Source: a virus
Length of the DNA stretch: 64,000 nt
Virus record (IMG/VR): IMGVR_UViG_3300029561_000002
Coordinates: 14,633-78,632 of that record
Reading direction: 5' to 3' (one strand)
The position numbers and the translations under genes are program-made. Shown here piece by piece: positions 45,230-55,037 of this stretch. The number at the start of each line of letters is the position of its first letter. Position 1 is the first letter of the stretch. The notes under the pieces are model-generated. The model did not search any database, had not been told where the DNA came from, and saw nothing but the letters and a program-made list of their open reading frames with translations.

Positions 45230-45508
45230 ATGATATGGAATGAAGAAATATCCTTTGATGGATTTCAAAAGAAGATTGATGAGTGGTACAAGGATAAAGA
45301 CTTTGAACTGTGCGACCCACCTATCAGCGCTCAGTTTGCCTTAGACTTAATTTTCAAGACATTAGTAGATGATAGAGAAGATTATCCGTATCTCACAACT
45401 ATGTCAGAAAACACAGAACAAACAAATAGTATCATGCTTGATTTGATTCTTCGGAAATACAGTCGCAAATATAGAAAATACTTGAAATTAAAAAAGAAAA
45501 ATAAATAA
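45230..45508 (+). CDS. hypothetical protein with basic tail
   Basis: GAGGTGAG RBS; 92 aa. Confidence 0.55.
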   Translation: MIWNEEISFDGFQKKIDEWYKDKDFELCDPPISAQFALDLIFKTLVDDREDYPYLTTMSENTEQTNSIMLDLILRKYSRKYRKYLKLKKKNK

Positions 45509-45528
45509 ATTAGTCAGAGAGCCACGTG

Positions 45529-45573
45529 AGAGCCAGACTAAATCCTAAAAGAAAGGAGGCCTGGCTCTATTTT
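45529..45573 (+). promoter_or_regulatory. terminator-like hairpin whose loop holds the terL Shine-Dalgarno
   Basis: AGAGCCAG (45529-45536) pairs with CTGGCTCT (45561-45568), followed by ATTTTT then the ATG. GGAGG sits in the loop. The 5' arm is duplicated at 45516-45523. Confidence 0.45.
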
Positions 45574-45574
45574 T

Positions 45575-47320
45575 ATGTCCGGAAATATTACAGAAGGCTC
45601 GATTGAGTGGTACAGGGCAGTCTTAAATCGAATCATCAGCGGAGATATGTCTGTTTACCAGAATCAGAAAGACTGCCTTGATCTGTTGTTAAACATGAAC
45701 ATTGATTTGCCGTTTACGGAGAATTTAGAAGCACAGCAAATGGCAATAAAAGTAAGTAAGTATGCCCATAACGTAGCCGCAAGACAAGCTGCACTGACGG
45801 GAAGCGGTAATTTTGATGATATCTACTGGCAGTATTTGCTGTTGGAAGGACAGAACTATCAGGTTGACAGCGGACTCCTTTACCTTGAAAAGAACCGAAT
45901 CCCGAAAGAGCGATTCTACGAACCACGAAGAAATGTGTTCTTACAGCATAACATCATAGGGTCACTGCAAGACCTGATGGATGACAAATTAGATATATTT
46001 GCATTAAGCGTACCTCCGGGTTGTGGCAAGAGTACTCTGGAAGATTTCTTTTTATCATTGGTAGGCGGATGGTTCCCGAATGACTTTAACCTGTCTTCAG
46101 CACACAGTAGCATTTTGACACGTTCCCTTTATGATGGCGTTCTGGAAATTATCAATGATCCCGTGGAATACACGTGGCATGAAATGTTCCCGAACGTAGA
46201 AATTCAAGGAACAAACGCAAAGGAAACTACAGTCAATCTCGAAAGAAACGGACGATTTAAGACATGGACATTTCGTTCTATTGATGGTTCTTTGACTGGT
46301 GCCACTAGATGTAATAGATTTCTTACTGCCGATGACCTTGTGTCTGGTATTGAAGAAGCTTTGAATAAGAACCGACTTGATACCTTATGGACAAAAGTGG
46401 TAAATGACTTGCGCTCCCGTAGACTTGAGGGATGCAAAGAGTTTTATATTGCCACCAGATGGTCAGTACATGACCCTATTGGAAAACTGCAACAACTGTA
46501 TGCCGGAAACCCACGGGCAAGGTTTATTGCAGTGCCAGCACTTGATGAAAATGGAAAGAGCAATTTTCTGTTTACGGTAAATGGATTCTCCGAAAAATAT
46601 TTCAATGATGCTAAGGAAGCCATGGATGAAATTTCTTACAACTGTCTTTATCAGCAACAACCGGTAGAACGTGAGGGATTATTATTACCACCGGATAAAT
46701 TAAAACGATTCTTTTTCAGTGAAGAAGACGTGCCGGATGGATGCGCGGATGAATACATCATCATTCCAGATAAAGATGCAGATGCAATATGGGCGGTATG
46801 CGATACAAAAGATAAAGGAACTGACTTCGAATCATTACCGATTGCATACCAATACGGAGATAAATTTTTCTTTCCTGATGTGGTGTTTGATGACACTACA
46901 GACTATGACATTTTGGATAGAAAGACAGCAGATATTTTGATAAGACATAACCCACATAAGATTCGTTTCGAATCAAATAATGTCGGAAACCGCGTGGCAC
47001 ACAATATTCAGAAAATGATTACTGGAAAGTGCAGAGCTGAAATTGAGACAAAACCAACGTCGGCAAATAAAGAAACAAAGATTCTCGTAAATTCGGACTA
47101 TATAGCAAAACATTTTTATTTTCTGCATCCAAGTCAGTACAAAGCAAAGTCTGATTACGGATTGTTTATGGCTAATGTAACTACGTACACCACTAGGGCA
47201 AAAGTACCACATGATGACGGAATCGATTCTTTGGCTATGATGGCTGAGTACACACAAAATCCATTAGGCGGTAAAGCGACAGCAATGCAGAATCCATTAT
47301 GGGGAGGGAGAATGAGATGA
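45575..47320 (+). CDS. terL: terminase large subunit
   Basis: Walker A VPPGCGKST, FLTADDLVSG, ATRWSVHDPIG, and C-terminal nuclease acidic residues (AVCDTKDKG..PHDDGIDSLAM). Confidence 0.85.
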   Translation: MSGNITEGSIEWYRAVLNRIISGDMSVYQNQKDCLDLLLNMNIDLPFTENLEAQQMAIKVSKYAHNVAARQAALTGSGNFDDIYWQYLLLEGQNYQVDSGLLYLEKNRIPKERFYEPRRNVFLQHNIIGSLQDLMDDKLDIFALSVPPGCGKSTLEDFFLSLVGGWFPNDFNLSSAHSSILTRSLYDGVLEIINDPVEYTWHEMFPNVEIQGTNAKETTVNLERNGRFKTWTFRSIDGSLTGATRCNRFLTADDLVSGIEEALNKNRLDTLWTKVVNDLRSRRLEGCKEFYIATRWSVHDPIGKLQQLYAGNPRARFIAVPALDENGKSNFLFTVNGFSEKYFNDAKEAMDEISYNCLYQQQPVEREGLLLPPDKLKRFFFSEEDVPDGCADEYIIIPDKDADAIWAVCDTKDKGTDFESLPIAYQYGDKFFFPDVVFDDTTDYDILDRKTADILIRHNPHKIRFESNNVGNRVAHNIQKMITGKCRAEIETKPTSANKETKILVNSDYIAKHFYFLHPSQYKAKSDYGLFMANVTTYTTRAKVPHDDGIDSLAMMAEYTQNPLGGKATAMQNPLWGGRMR

Positions 47321-47736
47321 ATACACGACAATATCTCGAACAAGTACAAGATTCTGAAAGAAGAATCCAGAATAAGATACAGGAAGAATACCGCTTAAGG
47401 CTTTTGGCAACCAGTATATCTTCTTTTTCAAATGGAGATAAAGTGCAGACTTCCGGTGGAAAAGACCGTGTTGGTGATGCTGTAACCAGGATTGTTGAGT
47501 TGCAGCAGGAAATAGCATCTGATGTCAAGGAACTGGCAGAATTGCAAATGAAAGTTTCCGGAGATATCAATGACATGGAAAACTCCATGTATTCATCCTT
47601 ACTCCATAAGAGATACATAGAATTTAAAAATCTGGTCACGGTCGCAGACGAGATGGGATATTCCGTACAGCATATCCGTTCCTGCCATGGAAAAGCCATT
47701 GAAGCTTTGCGGAAACAAAAGCATTTTGAAAGTTAA
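47317..47736 (+). CDS. sigma-70 region-4-like HTH protein (DUF1492-like)
   Basis: ATGA overlap with terL; LLHKRYIEFKNLVTVADEMGYSVQHIRSCHGKAIEAL. Confidence 0.6.
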   Translation: MNTRQYLEQVQDSERRIQNKIQEEYRLRLLATSISSFSNGDKVQTSGGKDRVGDAVTRIVELQQEIASDVKELAELQMKVSGDINDMENSMYSSLLHKRYIEFKNLVTVADEMGYSVQHIRSCHGKAIEALRKQKHFES

Positions 47737-47849
47737 TATGTTTTAATATGGAATCATATGTTCTATGTATAATATAATGTAACCTGTAAAACGAGCATCG
47801 GAGAATAATCCGGTGCTTTTTTAATGCCCAAAAATGGGAGGTGTAGGCA

Positions 47850-49343
47850 GTGGGCAGAAACAAAATGAATTTCATTGACTTATGCCGGGGCGAGTTTGGC
47901 CGCAAAATTGCCTATACCGGTGTAAGTCAGATTACAACAGCAAATGTTAGAAAAGTTGTTTCTGACACAATCGGTACTCATAACCGGAATAGGGTACTGA
48001 TTGACTACTTGTACCGGTACTACAAAGGAGATCAGCCGATTCTCTACAGAGAAAAAGTGGTGCGACCGGAAATCAACAATCGTGTATGCGAGAACCATGC
48101 ACTGGAAGTTGTCCGCTTCAAAGCATCACAGACATATGGCGAACCTATCCAGTATGTGTGCAAGAAGAAAAAAGCAACAAAAAAAGCAAACGAGCAGGTA
48201 GATCTGTTCAATGACTATCTGGACGAAGCAAACGCGGAAGCCAGAAATATCGAACTAGGGACTTATCAAAGCGCTGTAGGAACTGCATACAAAGCGATTC
48301 TGAAAGAAGATGACTGGATAAAGGACAGTGAGTTACCGCCGTTTCGGATTTTTATACCGTATCCGGGGGATTGTTACATTGTTTATTCCCGGAAGACCGG
48401 AAAAGCGATGCTCTCGGTTCAGATTCTTAAAGATGAGAATGAACAGCAGTATTATTTATGTTTTTCGGCAAAACAATATTTTGAGATTCAGAATGGACAG
48501 ATTACAAAAACCGGCATCAATGGTTTTGGTGGCATCCCGGTAGTTGAGTACCCGAATAACCACGATCGCCTTTCTGATATCGAAATTGCAATAACCATGT
48601 TCGATACTATGAACAACATGCAGTCAAACAGAATGGATGGCGTAGAGCAGTTCGTGCAAGCTCTTATGAAGTTTAAGAACTGCGAGATTGATGAAAGCGA
48701 ATTTCTGAAAATGATTAAGCTCGGCGCTATCTCTGTAAAGGATACTGGAAATGGTTGCCAGTCAGATGTTGACCTGATGACCGCCGAACTGAATCAGACA
48801 GAAAGCCAAGTCGCAAAGGACGATATCTACAGTAACATGCTGATTGTTGAAGGCATGCCAGATAGGCAGCAACAATCGTCTGGAGATACCGGTCAAGCCG
48901 TATACCTCAGAAACGGATGGGACTTTGCAGAGCGCAGAGCGAAACTGGATGAGCCATTTATCCGTGAGGCTGAGAAAGCAACTGCCAGAATCATTCTGAA
49001 CATCATTCGACAGACCACAAAGGATATTTCGATTTCAACAAGAGATTTTGATGTAAAGATAACCAGGAACCCAACAGATAACATGCTTGTCAAAGCACAG
49101 GCTCTTGACTATCTGTTTAAGAATAAAATTCATCCGCTGATTGCATTGATTACCTGCGGACTTTTCAGTGATCCGCAAAAGGTATACGAGATGAGTTTGC
49201 CTTACCTGGGAACTGTATATCCCGAACTGGCAGATCCGGACGCAGAAATGCAAAAAGCACAACTATTGATTGGTAAAAACGGTCAGAATCCGACCGGAAT
49301 CGATTCGACGGTAAATTCTTCGGATATCAATCAAAACTCGTAA
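47850..49343 (+). CDS. portal protein (SPP1 gp6-like)
   Basis: Size, position after terL, and YLYRYYKGDQPILYR..NNRVCENHA motif. Confidence 0.85.
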   Translation: MGRNKMNFIDLCRGEFGRKIAYTGVSQITTANVRKVVSDTIGTHNRNRVLIDYLYRYYKGDQPILYREKVVRPEINNRVCENHALEVVRFKASQTYGEPIQYVCKKKKATKKANEQVDLFNDYLDEANAEARNIELGTYQSAVGTAYKAILKEDDWIKDSELPPFRIFIPYPGDCYIVYSRKTGKAMLSVQILKDENEQQYYLCFSAKQYFEIQNGQITKTGINGFGGIPVVEYPNNHDRLSDIEIAITMFDTMNNMQSNRMDGVEQFVQALMKFKNCEIDESEFLKMIKLGAISVKDTGNGCQSDVDLMTAELNQTESQVAKDDIYSNMLIVEGMPDRQQQSSGDTGQAVYLRNGWDFAERRAKLDEPFIREAEKATARIILNIIRQTTKDISISTRDFDVKITRNPTDNMLVKAQALDYLFKNKIHPLIALITCGLFSDPQKVYEMSLPYLGTVYPELADPDAEMQKAQLLIGKNGQNPTGIDSTVNSSDINQNS

Positions 49344-49354
49344 ATTCAATTATC

Positions 49355-49391
49355 AAAGGAACCAAGGAATAACATCCAAGGTTCCTTTTTT
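49355..49391 (+). terminator. intrinsic terminator after portal gene
   Basis: AAAGGAACC ... GGTTCCTTT + T run. Confidence 0.7.
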
Positions 49392-49497
49392 AATACACAA
49401 AAATAATGCAACAGCCCGTGAGCGTAAATCGGGTACAGATCATGTGCGGAGCGAACCGTGTGAAAAAGTGTGATGGTCTGAAAGAAAGGAGATTTCT

Positions 49498-50157
49498 ATG
49501 ACAAGAGAACAGGCAAAACAGGTACTTATTGGCTTCGGAATCGAAGATCCGTCTGAAGAACAGGTGACTAAATATCTTGATTCTGTTGAAACAGAGACAA
49601 AAAAAGTGAAAGAAAAAAACACCTCTCTGAAAGAAAAAGCTGATAAAGCAGATGACCTTCAAAAGGAACTGGATGATTTGAAAGCCCAGAACATGTCGGA
49701 GACTGAAAGACAGGAAGCAGAGCGGCAGAAGGAGAAAGCAGAAAACGAAAAGAGGATTTCTGATCTGGAAAAAGCACTTGCCGAATCCAAGAGGAACGCG
49801 CTTTTCAGTGAGATCACATCTACTTTCGCTAATGCAGGCCTTTCCACAGAAACATATGCAAGTGCTATCAAAGCATTTTCGTCTATGCCAGCAGATAAGT
49901 CTGAAGATGTAATGAAGGAAGTCAAAACTTTTGTCGATGGAATTTCCGTAGCAAATAAAGCAGCTCTGGACAATGCAAAATCTGAATGGGAGAAATCAGC
50001 TCTTGACGCTACTCCGAATCCAGGTGGCGGAAGTTCAGACAAGGGACAGAAAAAAGATGATAACGATAGTCCAGCAGCTAAGTACGCAAAAGCTTACTCA
50101 GCACGCATGAACCCCAAAACAGAACCGGCGGATGATAATGCACCGGTTAATTTTTAA
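49498..50157 (+). CDS. scaffolding protein
   Basis: Coiled-coil, E/K-rich 219-aa protein between portal and capsid. Confidence 0.7.
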   Translation: MTREQAKQVLIGFGIEDPSEEQVTKYLDSVETETKKVKEKNTSLKEKADKADDLQKELDDLKAQNMSETERQEAERQKEKAENEKRISDLEKALAESKRNALFSEITSTFANAGLSTETYASAIKAFSSMPADKSEDVMKEVKTFVDGISVANKAALDNAKSEWEKSALDATPNPGGGSSDKGQKKDDNDSPAAKYAKAYSARMNPKTEPADDNAPVNF

Positions 50158-50179
50158 TCAAGTAAAGGAGATTTAGATT

Positions 50180-50524
50180 ATGGCTTTTATGAAAACAAAG
50201 CAGTATGAGTCCACTCCAAATATTCTCGAATCCGAAGTTGGACTTGTTCTTAAGACTTACACCGCGGATGCAACAAACGCAACAACAGTAAATGATAAAA
50301 AAATCATCAAGGCAGGTTCCGTGTATCCGACAAATGCGACTGGTGCAAAAGGAATCGTGTTTGAAGATGTTGATATGACAGATGATGCTAAAAGACCGAT
50401 TTCCGTGATCGTAGCAGGACGTGTTCTTGAGAAAAGACTGCCAGTTACAGTTGACGAAACTGCAAAAACAGAGCTTACCACGCAGGGAATTGTTTTTGTA
50501 ACCACAACAGACCCAGTATTTTAA
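50180..50524 (+). CDS. head decoration-like protein
   Basis: 114-aa ORF immediately before the capsid gene; assigned from position only. Confidence 0.45.
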   Translation: MAFMKTKQYESTPNILESEVGLVLKTYTADATNATTVNDKKIIKAGSVYPTNATGAKGIVFEDVDMTDDAKRPISVIVAGRVLEKRLPVTVDETAKTELTTQGIVFVTTTDPVF

Positions 50525-50539
50525 GGAGGTATAACCAAT

Positions 50540-51574
50540 ATGCCATACAATGTATTAGAAACTATCACAGCAGAAGAAAGATTAAATTTCGCTCAGAACT
50601 TTTCTGTAGCGAGACCAGGTATTCTTGATACTATTTTCCCGGATGTAAAAACACCATTCTGGAAAGCTGAGTATTACAGACTTATGGCTGGACAGCGACT
50701 GCCGGAGGTAGCATTTGTTCATGCACTCGATACTGAAGCAGAAATCGGTTCCAGACCAGGATTCGAGAAAGTTCTGACTGAAAAACTCTTTATTAAGAGA
50801 AAGATCAATCAATCCGAACGCCTCCAGGAAGCTATTGAAAATGGCGTCCCGGATAATGAAACTCTTACAAACTTTGTCTTTGACGATGCTACAAATCTGT
50901 TTGAGGGTGTTGTTGCCAGAGCAAATGTTATGAAAGGACAGTTTCTTGCTACTGGTACGGTAAAAATCAAAGAAAACAACGTTGATATGTCTATTGACTA
51001 TGGCGTGCCAAGTTCTGCAAAGGTTACTCTTACCGACTGGTCCAAGGTAGACGCTGATATCATGGGCGATATTCAGAAGATGGTAACCGTAGCCGAGGAT
51101 TCCGGATACGTAGTAACAAATGCAGTTACATCACTGAAGATGATTAACTACATGAGAAACAACACAGCTATGCAGACGGCCGTTCTGGGAGCTGCGAATA
51201 AACGCCTCCTTACCAGACAGGAGCTTGCAAATCTGCTTATGCAGGAGTACGGAATCACCGTTGGCCGTTGTGATGAGAAATTCCGTTACAGAAAAGCAGA
51301 CGGAACTCTGTCAACTGGAAGATACTTCAAAGAGGATGTATTTACTCTTTATGAAGCTGATGCAGGCGGATCTTTCGGTACTGGACTTTGGGGACCAACA
51401 CCGGAAGAGAATGAATACAGACAGTTCATTCAGGAAGAGAATCGCTCTTTCGTTACTCTTTCCATGTGGGCTACACAGGATCCAGTTGCCGTATGGACAA
51501 AAGCATCCGGTATGTTTATTCCGGTAGCACCAAAAGCCAACGGCGGTATCGTTATCGGTACGAAGGGGGAATAA
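50540..51574 (+). CDS. major capsid protein (protein E-like family)
   Basis: 344 aa, position after the scaffold, strong AAGGAGG RBS. Confidence 0.8.
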   Translation: MPYNVLETITAEERLNFAQNFSVARPGILDTIFPDVKTPFWKAEYYRLMAGQRLPEVAFVHALDTEAEIGSRPGFEKVLTEKLFIKRKINQSERLQEAIENGVPDNETLTNFVFDDATNLFEGVVARANVMKGQFLATGTVKIKENNVDMSIDYGVPSSAKVTLTDWSKVDADIMGDIQKMVTVAEDSGYVVTNAVTSLKMINYMRNNTAMQTAVLGAANKRLLTRQELANLLMQEYGITVGRCDEKFRYRKADGTLSTGRYFKEDVFTLYEADAGGSFGTGLWGPTPEENEYRQFIQEENRSFVTLSMWATQDPVAVWTKASGMFIPVAPKANGGIVIGTKGE

Positions 51575-51657
51575 GCGGGCATAGCCTTGACAAAAACAGC
51601 CAGTCACCGTCTGTAGCTAATGTTACACATAAGTATACAGAAAGCGAGCTGTCTAGT

Positions 51658-51762
51658 ATGACTGTGGTTCAGCTGAGACAGCTTGCAAGTGACAATGGTT
51701 ATGCCCTGACTTCCACAAACAAGGCTGGTATCATATCAGAAATTATAACACAGCAAGGGTAG
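51658..51762 (+). CDS. HeH/Rho-N-like (SAP-like) motif peptide; possibly C-terminal extension of capsid via -1 frameshift
   Basis: ELSSMTVVQLRQLASDNGYALTSTNKAGIISEII motif. The frame is open back into the capsid gene (ORF 51466-51762) with no in-frame start or RBS between the capsid stop and Met 51658. Confidence 0.4.
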   Translation: MTVVQLRQLASDNGYALTSTNKAGIISEIITQQG

Positions 51763-51772
51763 GTGAAATGGC

Positions 51773-52096
51773 ATGGACGAACAGCTTATAAGCGATCTGT
51801 CAATGTATCTGGAAGGTGACGAGCAGACTGCAAGGATGATTCCTTTAGCGGTCAAAAGAGCTATTCGTTCATTCCAGAAAAAACGCAATTATCCTGAGAG
51901 TTATACGGAAGAAAATATCAATAAAGATATGAACAAATGTTATGATTGCATTTTCGATTTGGCTCTTTATTTTCTCGTGAAACAAGGAGTTGAGTTTGAA
52001 ACATCTCATTCGGAAAATTCTGTAAATGCAGGATGGAACTCTGAAACAGAGATATTTGTCAATCATGGCGTTTTTCCTTTTGCCAGAGGAATCTGA
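51773..52096 (+). CDS. head-tail connector (gp6-like/DNA-packaging) protein
   Basis: About 107 aa, positioned after the capsid, helical N-terminus typical of the family. Confidence 0.65.
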   Translation: MDEQLISDLSMYLEGDEQTARMIPLAVKRAIRSFQKKRNYPESYTEENINKDMNKCYDCIFDLALYFLVKQGVEFETSHSENSVNAGWNSETEIFVNHGVFPFARGI

Positions 52097-52210
52097 CAGA
52101 AAAAAAGTAGGTTGAGAACGTGACGCATTTCCTCCCAGGCGTTGCTGGGGTACTTCATTATGAGGTGGGAAGAAGTACAAAAAATGTAATGGGAGTGAAG
52201 GAGAGTAGCG

Positions 52211-52522
52211 ATGGGATGTGAACAGAATTGCTTTAACGAACACCGCTTAGAAGAATTGGAAAAAGTTGTTCACGAAATAAAAGAGAAGCAGTCTAAACGT
52301 GACGGTATTTTTTTTGAACGTATCAATGCGCTTGAAACCAAAATTGTTCTTTACAACAATGATCTCGGGCACATAAAAGATACGGTGGATGAAATGAATG
52401 ATAATTTAAAATCCCTCATGGAAGCCCCGGGAAAACGCTACGATACGATTGTTGTTTGCGTTATCACGGCCGTGATCGGGGCTATTGTAGGGTTTGTATT
52501 AAGCGGTATCTTTCCGGCATAA
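52211..52522 (+). CDS. XhlA-like coiled-coil protein with C-terminal TM anchor
   Basis: HRLEELEKVVHEIKEK coiled coil and terminal IVVCVITAVIGAIVGFVLSGIF. Confidence 0.5.
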   Translation: MGCEQNCFNEHRLEELEKVVHEIKEKQSKRDGIFFERINALETKIVLYNNDLGHIKDTVDEMNDNLKSLMEAPGKRYDTIVVCVITAVIGAIVGFVLSGIFPA

Positions 52523-52557
52523 TAAGCAATTCCACTTGTAAGGGAGGCGGTGGGATT

Positions 52558-52812
52558 ATGAATTATACAGACTTTTCAGAAGATGAAAGAAAGTTTTATC
52601 TAAGCGAATCCGGGTTTGATTCCCGAGAAAAAGAATTTTTTCGATTGAGAGTTTATGAGGAAAAGACGTTGTTTGAAACATCAGAGATTATGGGGTATAG
52701 TCCAAGAACCATTGACCGCATAAACCGAAAAGTAAAAAAGAAGATTGTTAAAGTTGCCCCGATGTATTATCGGGGCTTTTCTTTGTATCATGGCGAAAAT
52801 ATGGCGAAATAG
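52558..52812 (+). CDS. sigma-70 region-4-like HTH regulator
   Basis: AAGGGAGG RBS; REKEFFRLRVYEEKTLFETSEIMGYSPRTIDRINRKV. Confidence 0.55.
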   Translation: MNYTDFSEDERKFYLSESGFDSREKEFFRLRVYEEKTLFETSEIMGYSPRTIDRINRKVKKKIVKVAPMYYRGFSLYHGENMAK

Positions 52813-52888
52813 TGTCGTTCAAATACTTAGGTTTCTCTCATATAATGTAAGCATAGAGAAAAGCTTACAGAGATGGGAGGAACACACT

Positions 52889-53392
52889 ATGGCATTTTAT
52901 CCATATTATCCGCAACCATTGAATCCATACCCACAAACACCGGTACAACCGTATCAAGATAGATTGACACAGTTGCAGAACAACTACCAACAGACAATAC
53001 CTTATGGGCAGGCACAAATGCAACAACCGGTACAGCAGATGCCACAGATTTCCGGACTTCCGGGACAGATGGTTGACGGAATCGACACTGTAAAAGCAAA
53101 GGATGTGGATATGACCGGAAATCCTGTCTATTATCCAAAAACAGACGGCACAGAAATATACAAAAAGCAACTACAGGCAGACGGAAGAAGCAGAATTTTT
53201 GTTTACCGGATTATGGATCCAGACGAACAGCAGCAACCAAAGCCCGAAGAAAAACCGATTGACATAGAAGCTATGTTTAATCAGCTTCGGAACGATGTTT
53301 GTTCTGAGATTTCTGGAATAAAAGATTTGCTACCGGCACAAATGTCGGTAACACCGGAAGCCAAGCAGCAGAACGGAGGAAAACAGAGATGA
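52889..53392 (+). CDS. Q/P/Y-rich low-complexity protein
   Basis: GGGAGGAA RBS before MAFYPYYPQPLNPYPQTPVQPYQ. A TATAAT-type promoter lies upstream at about 52830-52850. Confidence 0.6.
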   Translation: MAFYPYYPQPLNPYPQTPVQPYQDRLTQLQNNYQQTIPYGQAQMQQPVQQMPQISGLPGQMVDGIDTVKAKDVDMTGNPVYYPKTDGTEIYKKQLQADGRSRIFVYRIMDPDEQQQPKPEEKPIDIEAMFNQLRNDVCSEISGIKDLLPAQMSVTPEAKQQNGGKQR

Positions 53393-53634
53393 ATTTCAAT
53401 CCAAATGCTATGATGCAAAAACAAGTTGAAAGAATGATTTCTCAGAGGTTCGGAAGCGTTGATAACATGATGAACGATATGAGTAAATTTGCAGGAAACA
53501 ACCCAACATTGAAAAATGCTTTGGATCTGTACAAAAAAGGTGATACAGACCAGTTGCATCAGATTCAGCAAAATGTATTTAATGAAAAACACTTATCTCC
53601 AGATGGAATTATCCAAAAATTCCTTGGATTATAA
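53389..53634 (+). CDS. hypothetical protein
   Basis: ATGA-coupled 81-aa ORF. Confidence 0.55.
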   Translation: MNFNPNAMMQKQVERMISQRFGSVDNMMNDMSKFAGNNPTLKNALDLYKKGDTDQLHQIQQNVFNEKHLSPDGIIQKFLGL

Positions 53635-53730
53635 CACTTCCCCATAATTGGGTGATTTGAAATCGCTACAATTTGGGAGATCAGCCGCGGATGTCTCCTA
53701 TTGTAAATAATATTTAAGGAGACTAAAAAC

Positions 53731-54534
53731 ATGATGAATGGTTCTAATTACAGTCTTAGCGACATTGCAGCTGCTACAGGCTCTAATAACCGTGCCAATG
53801 ATATGTGGGGCGGCGATGGTTTTTCACTTATTTGGCTCGTACTGATCTTCGCAATCTTTGGATGGGGAGGTTTCGGCGGCTGGGGCGGTGGCTTCGGCGG
53901 TAATGGTGCGAACGGTTCCGGCTTCCAAGGATGGGCTACACGTGCCGATATCAACGAGGGCTTCGCTCTTAACGATATCCAGAACGGTATCAGAGGTATT
54001 CAGCAGGGTATCTGTGACAGCACATATGCACTCAACAATACCATGCAGAGTGGTTTCAACGGCATGAACGTTGGAATGCTTCAGGGCTTCAATGGCGTTC
54101 AGCAGGCGATCAATGCTGATACTGTAGCCGGTATGCAGAATACCAATGCATTACAGTCTCAGTTAGCAAACTGCTGTTGTGAAACAAGGGAAGCTATCCA
54201 GGGTATCAACTACAACCTGGCAACCAACACTTGTGCTCTTCAGAACACAATGAACAACAACACCAGAGACCTTCTGGACAATCAGAACAGCAACACAAGA
54301 GCAATTCTTGATTTCTTGACGAATGATAAGCTTGCAACATTACAGGCAGAGAACTCTGATCTGAAACGTGCTGCATCTCAGGATCGCCAGAGCGCACTTC
54401 TTACAACTGCAATGGCATCTCAGACACAGCAGTTAATTAATGCAATCAATCCGGCGGCTGTTCCGGCATACGTTGTTCCAAATCCAAACACCTACTACGG
54501 TGGGTGCAACGGATACAGCAACGGTTGCTGCTAA
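53731..54534 (+). CDS. G/N/Q-rich membrane-anchored low-complexity protein ending in Cys cluster
   Basis: AAGGAG RBS; LIWLVLIFAIFGWGGFGGWGGGFGGNG; N/Q-rich repeats; ANCCCE; terminal GGCNGYSNGCC. Confidence 0.6.
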   Translation: MMNGSNYSLSDIAAATGSNNRANDMWGGDGFSLIWLVLIFAIFGWGGFGGWGGGFGGNGANGSGFQGWATRADINEGFALNDIQNGIRGIQQGICDSTYALNNTMQSGFNGMNVGMLQGFNGVQQAINADTVAGMQNTNALQSQLANCCCETREAIQGINYNLATNTCALQNTMNNNTRDLLDNQNSNTRAILDFLTNDKLATLQAENSDLKRAASQDRQSALLTTAMASQTQQLINAINPAAVPAYVVPNPNTYYGGCNGYSNGCC

Positions 54535-54611
54535 GTAACTCACCCTTAGAGGTTGACTAATTCTAAGAGGTGGGTTGCGGCTCACCTCTTATCTGATTGA
54601 GAGGTAGAAGT

Positions 54612-55037
54612 ATGAGTTGTAAAAACGTTTGTAAACTCTGCAATCGTCTTGTGATAAGCCAAGCTGTTGCGTTTACTGGTGGTAATCTTGTGATTACACT
54701 TCCGGCAGGTAGTTATAACAACGGTGAAAAATATTGCATTGTGATTGCACAGAGCATACCAGAAACCACTACGATTAACGCTCCGGTGGTGATTCAGATA
54801 GGAACGGGAACAACCCTGTATCCATTACAGAATCGTTGCTGTGCACAGGTTACGGCTTGTGGCGTAAGAACCAGAACGAAGTACGCAACCAGAGTAGCCA
54901 CAAATGCAACCGGCGGAGTATTCAAGATGTTAGGGAATCCGGCTTGTAGTCCGAGTAATAATTTGACAGCAATTAATGGTACAGCCCCAACAGCAGATAC
55001 ACCTGTTACACAGGCTGTTAGAAAGGGGGCACTGTAA
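54612..55037 (+). CDS. Cys-rich hypothetical protein
   Basis: GAGAGGTAG RBS before MSCKNVCKLCN; several further Cys. Confidence 0.55.
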   Translation: MSCKNVCKLCNRLVISQAVAFTGGNLVITLPAGSYNNGEKYCIVIAQSIPETTTINAPVVIQIGTGTTLYPLQNRCCAQVTACGVRTRTKYATRVATNATGGVFKMLGNPACSPSNNLTAINGTAPTADTPVTQAVRKGAL

